Of a stretch of DNA of 64,000 bases, positions 45,178 through 55,238 are shown one piece after another. The notes beneath the pieces are model-generated. The model did no database searches, was not told the DNA's origin, and saw only the letters and a list, made by a program, of their open reading frames with translations. Both the position numbers and the translations under genes were made by a program. Origin of the DNA: Pseudomonas aeruginosa PAO1 (GTDB lineage: Bacteria > Pseudomonadota > Gammaproteobacteria > Pseudomonadales > Pseudomonadaceae); assembly GCF_000006765.1 (NCBI RefSeq), contig NC_002516.2; one strand, 5' to 3'. Numbering within the stretch: position 1 is the first letter of the stretch; every line of letters starts with the position of its first letter.

Positions 45178-45945
45178 ATGCGATCCTGGTTCCACTTCCT
45201 GCCCATCTGCCTGCTGCTGGCCCTTTCCGGCCCGGCAGCGGCCGTCCCGACAGAACCCCTGGTGCTCGGCGCCGAAGACGACTGGTATCCCTATACTGCC
45301 TACAAGGACGGCCGCATCCAGGGCATGAGCGCGGACATCGTGCGGGCCGCCTTCAGGGCTGCGGACACGCCGGTCCAGCTCAATCCCTACCCCTACTCCC
45401 GCTGCATGAAGCTGGCCCTGAAAGGCTTGATCGCCGGCTGCTTCAATACCTCGCCGAACCCGCACATCCTCGCCGACTACCGTCTGCCCCGGCATCCGTT
45501 GTTCCGCGCGGAGATCCAGCTCTGGGCGCGACGCGACGAAGCGCGGCCGGTGAATGCGGAGCAGGCGCTGAGCGGACGGAAAGTCGCGGTGACCCTCGGC
45601 TATGAATACGGCGACGGCTTCGATCGCCGCCACGACCTGGTGCGCATCCCGGTGCGCAAGGACTACTACGGTTTCCTCATGCTCCAGCGCGGCCGCGTCG
45701 ACTACGCCCTGGCCTACCGCAATACGGCTCGCCAGTTGTTCAGCGAACATCCCGAACTGGAAGGCCAGTTCCAGCCGGTGGCCACGGTCCACCGCCCGGA
45801 GCTGTACCTGTCGTTCTCGCGCCGCCACCCGCAGGCCGAGCATCTGCTCGAACGCTTCGACCTCGGCATGCAGCGCATCCTCGCCAGCGGCGAGTACCAG
45901 AAGATCCTCGACGGCTGGAGCCAGGCCGCCGACGCTACGCCCTAG
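45178..45945 (+). CDS. Periplasmic substrate-binding protein (SBP_bac_3-like), orphan
   Basis: Signal peptide, EDDWYPY, G...DIVRAAF, PYSRC, GYEYGD, LQRGRVDY, FDLGMQRI..SGEYQKI. Confidence 0.8.
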   Translation: MRSWFHFLPICLLLALSGPAAAVPTEPLVLGAEDDWYPYTAYKDGRIQGMSADIVRAAFRAADTPVQLNPYPYSRCMKLALKGLIAGCFNTSPNPHILADYRLPRHPLFRAEIQLWARRDEARPVNAEQALSGRKVAVTLGYEYGDGFDRRHDLVRIPVRKDYYGFLMLQRGRVDYALAYRNTARQLFSEHPELEGQFQPVATVHRPELYLSFSRRHPQAEHLLERFDLGMQRILASGEYQKILDGWSQAADATP

Positions 45946-45987
45946 TCCAACTACACTCACCGGTGCTCAACACCGCAAGGAGCCGAC

Positions 45988-46221
45988 ATGGCCTTCACTC
46001 CCGAGCTGATCGACGAACTGGAACTGCTGGCGCTCTTCAACCTGAACAACACCCAGGAAGGACTCAAGGTCCATCACACCGCCGACGGCAAGGCCGTCGC
46101 CGCCGCCCGACGCCTGCACGACAAGGGGCTGATCGACCAGCCCGACGGCGGCTACCTGACCAGTCTGGGGCTGGACGCCGCGGAGCAGGCACAGGGCCTG
46201 CTGACCATCCTCAAGGGTTGA
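45988..46221 (+). CDS. TIGR02647-family small protein
   Basis: FTPELIDELELLALF, EGLKVH, RLHDKGLIDQPDGGYLT..G; RBS AAGGAG. Confidence 0.75.
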   Translation: MAFTPELIDELELLALFNLNNTQEGLKVHHTADGKAVAAARRLHDKGLIDQPDGGYLTSLGLDAAEQAQGLLTILKG

Positions 46222-46369
46222 CGGAAGCGGCCATCGCGACCTGCTCCCGACAGGCCGCGACGGTTGCCCCGGTTCGCGGTGCGGCGCTCAAGCCGCCGCG
46301 CTTCCGGGCGATACAATGGCATGACCGGAGCCAGGCACGGCGCCTGGCCTTGCCTGTGCCCGGACGCCC

Positions 46370-49222
46370 ATGAACCGACACCCCGCACTCAGCCTCGATC
46401 TCGACGATGGCATCGACCGCAAGGTCCTCGGCCAGTTGCGCCAACGCTTCCTGGCGGTCAATGCCGGTCGCCTGCAACGCGCCCGGCAGGCGTTGTCCAG
46501 CCGCCAGGAGCGGGTCCTGCGCCTGCTACCGCTGCTGTTCCACATCAACCATCCGCTGCTGCCGGGCTACCTGTCGGCCAGCACGCCAGCGGGCCTGAGC
46601 GGTTTCGAAGCGGACGACGAAGTACTCGCCGAAGCCCAGCGCCTGGCCCGCTCGTTTGTCTACAAGCCACGCAGGCAAGAACCCGCACAGCAGCCGATCC
46701 ACGGCCTGTTCCTGATGGGCAGCCTGGGGAGCCTGGCCCAGGAGGAACAGAGCGATCTCGACCTCTGGGTCTGCCATGCCCCAGAACTGGAGCCCGGCGC
46801 GCGCCAGGAGCTGCGCCGCAAGTGCGCGTTGATCGAGGACTGGGCGCGCAGCCAGGGCAGCGAGGTGCACTGTTTCCTGATCGACGTCGCCCGCTTCGGC
46901 CAGGACGAACGCGAAGACCGGAAGGAGCCCGGCGGCGACGGCAATACCCAGCACTTCCTGCTGCTCGACGAGTTCTACCGCAGCGCGATCTGGCTCGGCG
47001 GACGCACCCCTCTGTGGTGGCTGGTGCCGCCGGCCCATGAACGGCGCTACGACGAATACTGCCGGACCCTGCTCGGCAAACGCTTCATCCGCGCCGAAGA
47101 GGTGCTCGACCTCGGCCACCTGGCGCACATCCCCGCCCGGGAGTTCATCGGCGCCGGCCTCTGGCAGTTGTCCAAGGCCATCGATTCGCCCTACAAGTCG
47201 CTGCTCAAGCTGCTGCTCACCGAGGCCTACGCCAGCGAGCACCCGCGGGTCCGCTGCGTCGCCCTGCGCTTCAAGGAGCAGGTATTCGCCGGCCAGCTCG
47301 ATCTCGACGAACTGGACCCCTACGTCCTGGTCTATCGCCATCTCGAACGCTACCTGCGGGAACAGCAGGCGCCGGAACGCCTGGAACTCGTGCGGCGCTG
47401 CCTGTACCTCAAGGTCGGGCGCAAGCTCGGCGGTCGCCAGCGCCAGGCGCAGAAGGGCTGGCAGCACCTGTCGATGGAGCGGCTCGTCGCGGAATGGCAA
47501 TGGGAGCCTCGCCGCTTGGCCCTGCTCGACAGCCGCAGCCAGTGGAAGATGCGCCAGGTGATGGAAGAGCGTCGCACGGTGGTCAACGAACTGACCTACA
47601 GCTACCGCCTGCTGTTCCAGATCGCCCGCCAGCAAGGCGCTGACAGCGGCATCGACAGCCGCGACCTGGGCCTGCTCGGCCGCCGCCTGTATGCAGCCTT
47701 CGAGCGCAAGGCAGGCAAGGTGGAAAACATCAACCCGGGGATCGCCCCGGATCTCGGCGAAGACGTCCTGACCCTGGTCCAGCTGCCCGCCGACGACGGC
47801 CGCGAGCAGGCGCAGTGGGCGATCTTCCCCGGTGCCCTGGGCGCTCACCAGTGGCCTGACTACGCGCCGCTGAAACGCAGCCTCAGGCTGGTCGAGCTGC
47901 TCGCCTGGTGCCATCGCAACGGCGTCATCGACAGCGCCACCCGGCTGTCCCTGCATCCCGGCCAGAGCGACCTCGGCGATGCCGAACTGGACAATCTCCT
48001 GGGCAGCCTGCGGCAGTTCCTGCCGGTCCCCCTGGCGACCGTGGACGACGCCGACCTGCTGCAACCGCGTCGGCTCAAGAGCGTCCTGCTGCTGGTCAAC
48101 GTCGGTGTCGACCCGCTGCGCCACCACAGCCAGATGAACCTGCACATGGCTACCGGGCGTACCGACGTGCTTGGTTATGCCGGGGTGCGCGACAACCTGG
48201 TGCTGACCCTCGACCAGCTCAGCCTCAACAGCTGGAACGAACTGACGGTGCGCCATTACGCAGGCCCCCAGGCGCTGCCCGAGTGCCTTGCCGAGTTCCT
48301 CGACGCCGTCCGCGAAAAGCCCGGAAGCCCGCCGCAGCCGCCTGAACTGATGGTGCGCTGCTTCTGTCGCAACCGGGCCGCCGCCATCGCCGTGCGGGTC
48401 GAAGAGCTGTTCCGCGAGACCTACGGGCAACTGCTTGGCGGCCAGCCAAGCCGCTACCTGCTGCAGATCCGCCAGCAGTACCACCTGCTGGAAATGTCGC
48501 CGGAAGCGGTCAGCCACGAGAGCCTGCCCGACCTGCCGAGCCTGCTCCAGCACCTGGGCCGCGAGCGAGATGGCTACAGCGCCCTGAAGCTGGATCGCCA
48601 CGCCCTGGAGGGCGAGGACCTCGGGCTGATCCTGTCCATGGGGCGGCCGGACTGCATCCAGGTGTTCTACCGGCGCGACTTCGACAGCGCCGAGATCAGC
48701 CTGCTCGACGAACGCAACGCCCTCTGGCGCCAGCGCCAGGCATTGCGTGACGAACGCAGCCTGCTCGCACCGCTGCAGCGCTTCCTGCAATCGCTGCTGT
48801 ACCGGCGCAACGCCCTGTCGCTGGCGGAACAGGTGCCGGCCGCGCTGGATATCCGCTACTACGAGTTGCTCTCCAACGACGGCAGAGTGCATGTCGAGCC
48901 TCGCGAGGCGCCGGAGGCCCTGGCCGGGCCCGCGCTGTACGAGCTACAGGCGCTACTCGAGCGCGGCGAACGCAAGCGCGTGCAGGTCACCCTGTACTGC
49001 GACCACCAGGAGTTTTCCGAACTGGAGTACGGCGCCGGCCTGTTCAAGGCGGTCGCCCGGCATATCCTGGCGCATCGCGCAGAAAGCGAACCCTACCCCT
49101 GCTACCTGACCGACCTCGACCTGTCGCGGCTGTTCGCCGACGAACAGCCGCAAACGCTGCACTATCTGCGTTATAAAAGCGTCCTGGAAACGGCGCTGAA
49201 CCAGGCGCTGCTGGAACAATGA
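46370..49222 (+). CDS. cyaA: Class I adenylate cyclase
   Basis: PLLFHINHPLLPGY, MGSLGSLAQEEQSDLDLWVC catalytic motif, LLDEFYRSA, SPYKSLLK; 950 aa. Confidence 0.96.
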   Translation: MNRHPALSLDLDDGIDRKVLGQLRQRFLAVNAGRLQRARQALSSRQERVLRLLPLLFHINHPLLPGYLSASTPAGLSGFEADDEVLAEAQRLARSFVYKPRRQEPAQQPIHGLFLMGSLGSLAQEEQSDLDLWVCHAPELEPGARQELRRKCALIEDWARSQGSEVHCFLIDVARFGQDEREDRKEPGGDGNTQHFLLLDEFYRSAIWLGGRTPLWWLVPPAHERRYDEYCRTLLGKRFIRAEEVLDLGHLAHIPAREFIGAGLWQLSKAIDSPYKSLLKLLLTEAYASEHPRVRCVALRFKEQVFAGQLDLDELDPYVLVYRHLERYLREQQAPERLELVRRCLYLKVGRKLGGRQRQAQKGWQHLSMERLVAEWQWEPRRLALLDSRSQWKMRQVMEERRTVVNELTYSYRLLFQIARQQGADSGIDSRDLGLLGRRLYAAFERKAGKVENINPGIAPDLGEDVLTLVQLPADDGREQAQWAIFPGALGAHQWPDYAPLKRSLRLVELLAWCHRNGVIDSATRLSLHPGQSDLGDAELDNLLGSLRQFLPVPLATVDDADLLQPRRLKSVLLLVNVGVDPLRHHSQMNLHMATGRTDVLGYAGVRDNLVLTLDQLSLNSWNELTVRHYAGPQALPECLAEFLDAVREKPGSPPQPPELMVRCFCRNRAAAIAVRVEELFRETYGQLLGGQPSRYLLQIRQQYHLLEMSPEAVSHESLPDLPSLLQHLGRERDGYSALKLDRHALEGEDLGLILSMGRPDCIQVFYRRDFDSAEISLLDERNALWRQRQALRDERSLLAPLQRFLQSLLYRRNALSLAEQVPAALDIRYYELLSNDGRVHVEPREAPEALAGPALYELQALLERGERKRVQVTLYCDHQEFSELEYGAGLFKAVARHILAHRAESEPYPCYLTDLDLSRLFADEQPQTLHYLRYKSVLETALNQALLEQ

Positions 49223-49262
49223 CCCAGCGCCGCACCGCGCGGGGCTCGACAAGGACGTACGG

Positions 49263-49976
49263 ATGGCACTCCTCGGTATTACCCTGCTCGCTGGCGCCGC
49301 ATTCGTGGGCGGCTATCTCTACCGCCGCGGCCTGGATCGCCGGCGCTACCGCTTCATCCAGCAATTCCGCCTGCCGCCGCGGGTCACCCAGGCGGTCCGC
49401 GAGCGCTATCCGCAGCTCAGCGAGGAACAGGTCCAACGGGTGCTCGGCGGCCTACGCGAATACCTGCTGCTATGCCGCGCCGCCGGCAAGCGGATGGTCG
49501 CGATGCCGTCCCAGGTGGTGGATGTCGCCTGGCACGAACTGATCCTGCATACCCGGCTCTACCAGCACGTCTGCCGCAAGGGACTCGGGCGCTTCCTCCA
49601 CCATACGCCGGCCCAGGCGATGCGCAGCCCCCGACAGGCCCAGGAGGGCATCCAGCGCGCCTGGAAGCTGGCCTGCCGCCGCGAGGGCATCGACCCACTG
49701 AATCCCACGCGCCTACCGCTGCTGTTCGCCCTCGACACGGAACTGGCGATCGCCGACGGCTTCCGCTACGCCCTGAACTGCGCGCAGCGGCAAGACGGCG
49801 GCGCAGCGGTGTATTGCGCCAGCCATATCGGTTGCAGCAGCGGCTGCGCCAGCGATAGCGGCAGTACCTTCGGTTCGGACGGACAGGATTCGCGCCACGG
49901 CTGCGGCGGCGATAGCGGCGGAGACGGCGGCAGCGGTTGCGGGGGTGGAGGATGCGGGGGCGGTGGGGGCGACTGA
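49263..49976 (+). CDS. Membrane-anchored glycine-rich-domain protein with a Gly/Ser/Cys low-complexity tail
   Basis: N-terminal TM helix, VDVAWHELILHT..Y...LHH motif, C-terminus GCSSGCASDSG...GCGGGGCGGGGGD. Confidence 0.75.
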   Translation: MALLGITLLAGAAFVGGYLYRRGLDRRRYRFIQQFRLPPRVTQAVRERYPQLSEEQVQRVLGGLREYLLLCRAAGKRMVAMPSQVVDVAWHELILHTRLYQHVCRKGLGRFLHHTPAQAMRSPRQAQEGIQRAWKLACRREGIDPLNPTRLPLLFALDTELAIADGFRYALNCAQRQDGGAAVYCASHIGCSSGCASDSGSTFGSDGQDSRHGCGGDSGGDGGSGCGGGGCGGGGGD

Positions 49977-49986
49977 GGGTCGCGAA

Positions 49987-50010
49987 GCCCGTCGCCGAAT
50001 GGCGACGGGC
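49987..50010. terminator. Hairpin between the convergent Gly-rich gene and rnk
   Basis: 10-bp stem GCCCGTCGCC/GGCGACGGGC. Confidence 0.65.
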
Positions 50011-50019
50011 GAAAACCGA

Positions 50020-50424
50020 TCAGCGCGCGTAGTCGCCGGCGGCTTCCGGCTGGTATTCGATTTCCAGCAGGGTCAGCTTCAGCGTCTTGCCGCTCGGCGC
50101 CGGCCAGTCGATGGTCTGGCCGATGGTCAGGCCCAGCAGCGCGGTGCCCACCGGCGCGAGGATCGAGACCTTGCCTTCGCCGGCGACGTCTTCGGGATAG
50201 ACCAGGGTCAGGGTGTACTCCTTGCCGCTGCTTTCCTCGCGGCAGCGCACGGTGGAGTTCATGGTCACGACGCCCGGCGGAATCTCGTCATGCCCCACCA
50301 CCTGGGCGCGCGACAGTTCGGCCTCCAGCGCCTCGGCGGCGGGTCCGAATTCGTCCAGGCCATCCAGCAGGCGCTCCAGGCGCTGCAGGTCCAGACGAGT
50401 GATGGTGATCGGCGGCGTGCTCAT
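50020..50424 (-). CDS. rnk: Nucleoside diphosphate kinase regulator Rnk (GreA/B-like C-terminal domain)
   Basis: ITITRLDLQRL, VVTMNSTV, LTLVYP, SILAPVGTALLGL; 134 aa. Confidence 0.93.
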   Translation of the reverse strand: MSTPPITITRLDLQRLERLLDGLDEFGPAAEALEAELSRAQVVGHDEIPPGVVTMNSTVRCREESSGKEYTLTLVYPEDVAGEGKVSILAPVGTALLGLTIGQTIDWPAPSGKTLKLTLLEIEYQPEAAGDYAR

Positions 50425-50480
50425 GATCGCAGGCGTGCTCCTTGGTCCGGTTCGGTTGATCGATGAAAAGCAGGAATCGC

Positions 50481-50515
50481 AAAAAAGCAAAAACCCCGCC
50501 CGAAGGCGGGGTTTT
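50481..50515 (-). terminator. Strong terminator within the rnk leader (candidate rnk leader attenuator)
   Basis: 11-bp stem with C(UUCG)G loop followed by TTTTTGCTTTTTT on the minus strand; ends about 56 nt before the rnk ATG. Confidence 0.75.
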
Positions 50516-50559
50516 CCCGGACACTAACACAGTCGCAGGAATTAGCAACATCCCCCCTA

Positions 50560-50769
50560 TCAGGAGAGACGGCCCGCCAGCGACTGGCGTCGAGCGGCCT
50601 GTGACCTGATCTGCAAGCGGCGGGAATCGTCGGCCTTGCCCCACTCGCGGATTTCCGCCAGGGAACGTCCGCAGCCGACGCAAACGTCCGCATCGTCGAG
50701 GCAGCACAGGCGCCGGCAAGGCGAGGCCACCGCCGGCGGCGAAGCCTCAGAGGCCGGGGAACTCGACAT
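50560..50769 (-). CDS. DUF1289-family Cys-rich small protein
   Basis: SPCRRLCCLDDADVCVGCGRSLAEIREW motif; overlaps the cyaY 3' end; exact start uncertain. Confidence 0.75.
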   Translation of the reverse strand: MSSSPASEASPPAVASPCRRLCCLDDADVCVGCGRSLAEIREWGKADDSRRLQIRSQAARRQSLAGRLS

Positions 50770-51082
50770 CCTCGCCCCCCTGCTCCAGGGTCGCCCGGTT
50801 GAGCAGCGCGCCCAGCGGTTCCTGGCTGCCATCGTGGCGCCAGAGGCCGCTGGCCTCGTCGTAATCGAAGTGGAAGCCGCCCGACTTCGCCGCCACCCAC
50901 AGCTGGCGCAACGGCGCCTGGCGGCTGAGGATCAGCTGCGAGCCGTTCTCGAAGCGTACGGTGAGCACGCCGCCGGCGTTCTCCAGGTCGAGGTCCAGGT
51001 CGCTGTCATCGAAGGCGTCTTCCACCTGCTGCTGGAGCGCATCGACCAGGTCGTGGAAACGCGCTTCATTCATCGTACTCAT
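50747..51082 (-). CDS. cyaY: Frataxin homologue CyaY
   Basis: MNEARFHDL, GGVLTVRFENGSQLILSRQ.PLRQLWVAAKSGGFHF. Confidence 0.94.
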   Translation of the reverse strand: MSTMNEARFHDLVDALQQQVEDAFDDSDLDLDLENAGGVLTVRFENGSQLILSRQAPLRQLWVAAKSGGFHFDYDEASGLWRHDGSQEPLGALLNRATLEQGGEDVEFPGL

Positions 51083-51335
51083 GCATTGCCTCGGCATTCG
51101 CTAACGGGAAAAAAGGCGGACGACTACCTTCGTCTTGCCCTATTCCGACAATTCTACGCTGGTATTGCCGTAGTCCGCGCTGTTTTGCCGCGACGCTCGC
51201 GGAAAACGCCGGCATCCCCTCTGCCACAGGCCATTCCCCTGCAAGCCCCGGCACACCTGATCCGGCTCGCATAGGCAAGGCGCCGGGGGGTCGGTATACT
51301 CCGGAACAATTCACGTTTTCTACAAGGATTCCGTC

Positions 51336-51476
51336 ATGAAGCGGCTGTTCCTGTCCTTCGTCGCGCTCGCCCTCCTCGCCGGCTCCATCGCCGCCTGCGG
51401 CCAGAAAGGCCCGCTGTACCTGCCGGACGACGAAAAAGCCAAGAAAGAACACAGCAAAGACCGCTACGGTTTCTGA
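51336..51476 (+). CDS. lppL: Small lipoprotein LppL (YifL-like)
   Basis: Manual translation [46 protein letters not shown]; lipobox IAAC and GQKGPLYLP motif; too short for the ORF track. Confidence 0.93.
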
Positions 51477-51486
51477 GAGAGCGCCC

Positions 51487-52734
51487 ATGGACACATTCAG
51501 TTACCGCGACGCTGAGCTGTTCGCGGAAGGGGTGGCGCTTTCCCGCATCGCCGAGCGTTTCGGCACGCCCACCTACGTCTATTCCCGCGCGCACATCGAG
51601 GCCCAGTACCGCGCCTATGCCGATGCCCTCGCCGGCATGCCGCATCTGGTCTGCTTCGCGGTCAAGGCCAACTCCAACCTCGGGGTGCTGAATGTGCTGG
51701 CGCGCCTCGGCGCCGGTTTCGACATCGTTTCCCGCGGTGAGCTGGAGCGTGTCCTGGCCGCCGGCGGCGATCCGGCCAAGGTGGTGTTCTCCGGCGTCGG
51801 CAAGACCCGCGACGACATGCGCCGCGCCCTGGAAGTCGGCGTGCACTGCTTCAACGTCGAGTCCGGCGAAGAGCTGGAGCGCCTGCAACGGGTAGCTGCG
51901 GAACTCGGCGTGAAAGCGCCGGTATCGCTGCGGGTCAACCCGGACGTGGACGCCCAGACCCACCCCTATATCTCCACCGGCCTGAAAGAGAACAAGTTCG
52001 GCATCGCCATCGACGAGGCCGAGGCGGTCTACGCCCGCGCCGCCGAGCTTGACCACCTGGAGGTGATCGGCGTCGACTGCCACATCGGCTCGCAGTTGAC
52101 CCAGCTGGAGCCCTTCCTCGACGCCCTCGAGCGCCTGCTCGGGCTGGTCGACCGCCTGGCCGGCAAAGGCATCGGCATTCGCCACCTGGACCTCGGTGGT
52201 GGCCTCGGGGTGCGCTACCGCGACGAACAGCCGCCGCTGGCCGGCGACTACATCCGCGCCATCCGCGAGCGCCTGCACGGCCGCGACCTGACCCTGGTGT
52301 TCGAGCCGGGCCGGTCCATCGTCGCCAACGCCGGCGTGCTGCTGACCCGTGTCGAGTACCTCAAGCACACCGAGCACAAGGATTTCGCCATCGTCGACGC
52401 GGCGATGAACGACCTGATCCGCCCGGCTCTCTACCAGGCCTGGATGGACGTGCAGGCGGTACGCCCGCGCGACGCCGCGCCGCGCCGCTACGACCTGGTC
52501 GGGCCGATCTGCGAGACCGGTGACTTCCTCGCCAAGGATCGCGACCTGGCGCTCGCCGAAGGCGACCTCCTGGCGGTGCGCTCGGCCGGCGCCTACGGCT
52601 TCGTCATGAGCTCGAACTACAACACCCGCGGCCGCGCCGCCGAGGTGCTGGTGGATGGCGAGCAGACCCACGAGGTCCGTCGCCGCGAGACCGTCCAAGA
52701 GCTCTACGCCGGCGAAAGCCTGCTGCCGCAGTGA
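51487..52734 (+). CDS. lysA: Diaminopimelate decarboxylase
   Basis: [44 protein letters not shown]. Confidence 0.97.
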   Translation: MDTFSYRDAELFAEGVALSRIAERFGTPTYVYSRAHIEAQYRAYADALAGMPHLVCFAVKANSNLGVLNVLARLGAGFDIVSRGELERVLAAGGDPAKVVFSGVGKTRDDMRRALEVGVHCFNVESGEELERLQRVAAELGVKAPVSLRVNPDVDAQTHPYISTGLKENKFGIAIDEAEAVYARAAELDHLEVIGVDCHIGSQLTQLEPFLDALERLLGLVDRLAGKGIGIRHLDLGGGLGVRYRDEQPPLAGDYIRAIRERLHGRDLTLVFEPGRSIVANAGVLLTRVEYLKHTEHKDFAIVDAAMNDLIRPALYQAWMDVQAVRPRDAAPRRYDLVGPICETGDFLAKDRDLALAEGDLLAVRSAGAYGFVMSSNYNTRGRAAEVLVDGEQTHEVRRRETVQELYAGESLLPQ

Positions 52735-52744
52735 GGCCCAGACC

Positions 52745-53575
52745 ATGCTTTTGCGCTTCACCAAGATGCATGGCCTGGGCAACGACTTCATGGTCCTCGA
52801 CCTGGTCAGCCAGCACGCCCATGTGCAGCCCAAGCACGTCAAGCTCTGGGGCGACCGCAACACCGGAATCGGCTTCGACCAGTTGCTGATCGTCGAAGCC
52901 CCGAGCAGCCCCGACGTCGACTTCCGCTACCGGATCTTCAACGCCGACGGCTCCGAGGTCGAGCAGTGCGGCAACGGCGCTCGCTGCTTCGCCCGCTTCG
53001 TTCAGGACAAGCGCCTGACGGTGAAGAAGAGCATCCGCGTAGAAACCAAGGGCGGCATCATCGAGCTGAATATCCGCCCGGACGGCCAGGTCACGGTGGA
53101 CATGGGTCCGCCGCGCCTGGCCCCGGCCGAGATACCGTTCCAGGCCGAGCGCGAAGCCTTGTCCTATGAGATAGAGGTGAATGGCCAGCGCGTCGAACTG
53201 GCCGCGGTATCCATGGGCAATCCCCATGGCGTGCTGCGCGTCGAGAACGTCGACAGCGCACCGGTACACAGCCTCGGTCCGCAACTGGAAGTCCATCCGC
53301 GCTTCCCGAAGAAGGCCAACATCGGCTTCCTCCAGGTGCTCGATCCGCACCATGCGCGCCTGCGCGTCTGGGAGCGCGGCGTCGGCGAGACCCAAGCCTG
53401 CGGCACCGGCGCCTGCGCCGCGGCGGTTGCCGGGATTCGCCAGGGCTGGCTGCAATCGCCGGTGCAGATCGACCTCCCCGGCGGCCGCCTGCACATCGAG
53501 TGGGCAGGTCCCGGCCAGCCCGTTATGATGACCGGGCCTGCCGTCCGCGTGTATGAAGGCCAGGTCCGCCTGTAA
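52745..53575 (+). CDS. dapF: Diaminopimelate epimerase
   Basis: [40 protein letters not shown]. Confidence 0.97.
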   Translation: MLLRFTKMHGLGNDFMVLDLVSQHAHVQPKHVKLWGDRNTGIGFDQLLIVEAPSSPDVDFRYRIFNADGSEVEQCGNGARCFARFVQDKRLTVKKSIRVETKGGIIELNIRPDGQVTVDMGPPRLAPAEIPFQAEREALSYEIEVNGQRVELAAVSMGNPHGVLRVENVDSAPVHSLGPQLEVHPRFPKKANIGFLQVLDPHHARLRVWERGVGETQACGTGACAAAVAGIRQGWLQSPVQIDLPGGRLHIEWAGPGQPVMMTGPAVRVYEGQVRL

Positions 53576-53605
53576 GGGCCGTCGCCCGCGAGAACCGAGA
53601 CGCTT

Positions 53606-54307
53606 ATGACCGAGAAAAGCCAGGAACCGACAGCAGCGCTGGACGCCGAGCAGGTGGCCGCTTATCTGAGCCAGCACCCGGAGTTCTTCGTCGAGCATGA
53701 CGAGCTGATCCCCGAGTTGCGCATCCCACACCAGCCCGGCGACGCAGTGTCGCTGGTGGAGCGCCAGGTACGCCTGCTGCGCGAGCGCAACATCGAGATG
53801 CGCCACCGGCTCTCGCAACTGATGGACGTGGCCCGCGAGAACGACCGCCTGTTCGACAAGACCCGCCGCCTGGTCCTCGACCTGCTCGACGCCACCAGCC
53901 TGGAAGACGTGGTCAGTACCGTCGAGGACAGCCTGCGCCACGAGTTCCAGGTGCCCTACGTGAGCCTGATCCTGTTCAGCGACAGTAGCGTCTCGGTGGG
54001 CCGCTCGGTGAGCAGCGCGGAGGCGCACCAGGCCATCGGCGGCCTGCTCTCCGGCGGCAAGACCGTCTGCGGCGTGCTGCGTCCGCACGAACTGGCGTTT
54101 CTCTTCGGCGAGAGCGACCGCGACGAGATCGGCTCCGCAGCGGTGGTCTCCCTGAGTTTCCAGGGACTGCACGGCGTGCTCGCCATCGGCAGTCCCGATC
54201 CGCAGCATTACAAGAGTTCCCTCGGCACCCTGTTCCTCGGCTACGTCGCCGAGGTCCTGGCCCGCGTGCTGCCGCGTTTCTCCTCGCCGCTGCGCTCGGT
54301 CCGCTGA
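53606..54307 (+). CDS. DUF484/YigA-family protein
   Basis: [33 protein letters not shown]...GTLFL; conserved position between dapF and xerC. Confidence 0.88.
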   Translation: MTEKSQEPTAALDAEQVAAYLSQHPEFFVEHDELIPELRIPHQPGDAVSLVERQVRLLRERNIEMRHRLSQLMDVARENDRLFDKTRRLVLDLLDATSLEDVVSTVEDSLRHEFQVPYVSLILFSDSSVSVGRSVSSAEAHQAIGGLLSGGKTVCGVLRPHELAFLFGESDRDEIGSAAVVSLSFQGLHGVLAIGSPDPQHYKSSLGTLFLGYVAEVLARVLPRFSSPLRSVR

Positions 54308-54326
54308 GCGCGGCGGGCGGTCCGAG

Positions 54327-55238
54327 ATGCGCGCCGACCTGGATGCCTTCCTCGAACATCTGCGCAGCGAGCGCCAGGTCTCCGCGCACACCCTCGACGG
54401 CTACCGCCGCGACCTGCTGAAGATCCTCGCCCTCGCCGAAAAGGCCGGGCTCTCCGACTGGAACGCCCTCGACACCCGCAGCCTGCGCACCTTCGTCGCC
54501 CGCCTGCACCAGCAGGGCCAGTCCAGCCGCAGCCTGGCACGGCTGCTCTCGGCGACGCGCGGCCTCTACCAGTACCTGCTACGCGAAGGGCGCTGCCGGC
54601 ACGACCCTGCCAACGGCCTGAGCGCGCCGAAGAGTCCGCGCAAGCTGCCCAGGACCCTCGACGCCGACCGCGCCCTGCAATTGCTCGACGGTGCCGTGGA
54701 GGATGACTTCATCGCCCGCCGCGACCAGGCCCTGCTGGAGCTGTTCTATTCCTCCGGGCTGCGCCTCTCGGAACTGGTCGGCCTCGATCTCGAATGGCTG
54801 GACCTCAAGGAAGGCCTGGTGCGAGTGCGCGGCAAGGGCAACAAGGTCCGCGAGCTGCCGGTCGGCAAGGCCGCGCGCCAGGCGCTCGAAGCCTGGCTGC
54901 CGCTGCGCACCCAGGCCGCTCCGGAAGACGGTGCGGTGTTCATCGGCCGCAGCGGCAAGCGCCTGACGCCACGGGCGATCCAGCTGCGGGTGCGCCAGGC
55001 CGGCGTCCGCGAGCTGGGCCAGCACCTGCACCCGCACATGCTGCGGCACTCCTTCGCCAGCCATCTGCTGGAGTCGTCCGGCGACCTGCGCGCCGTGCAG
55101 GAACTGCTCGGCCACGCCGACATCGCCACGACCCAGATCTATACCCACCTGGACTTCCAGCACCTGGCCTCGGTCTACGACCGCGCCCATCCCCGCGCCA
55201 AGCGCAAGGGCAACGCCGATGGAGGCAACGACCCATGA
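54327..55238 (+). CDS. xerC: Tyrosine recombinase XerC (Sss)
   Basis: [43 protein letters not shown]; chromosomal dapF-xerC context. Confidence 0.96.
   Translation: MRADLDAFLEHLRSERQVSAHTLDGYRRDLLKILALAEKAGLSDWNALDTRSLRTFVARLHQQGQSSRSLARLLSATRGLYQYLLREGRCRHDPANGLSAPKSPRKLPRTLDADRALQLLDGAVEDDFIARRDQALLELFYSSGLRLSELVGLDLEWLDLKEGLVRVRGKGNKVRELPVGKAARQALEAWLPLRTQAAPEDGAVFIGRSGKRLTPRAIQLRVRQAGVRELGQHLHPHMLRHSFASHLLESSGDLRAVQELLGHADIATTQIYTHLDFQHLASVYDRAHPRAKRKGNADGGNDP

Noticed and set aside
49219-49542. ORF whose start overlaps the cyaA stop (ATGA)
   Set aside because: It is out of frame with the better-supported 49263-49976 gene, which has a TM helix and a conserved motif; its product is low-complexity.
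54327-55238. Tyrosine recombinase as a possible integrase of a mobile element
   Set aside because: It sits in the conserved lysA-dapF-DUF484-xerC-HAD housekeeping operon with host GC and no att sites or cargo.
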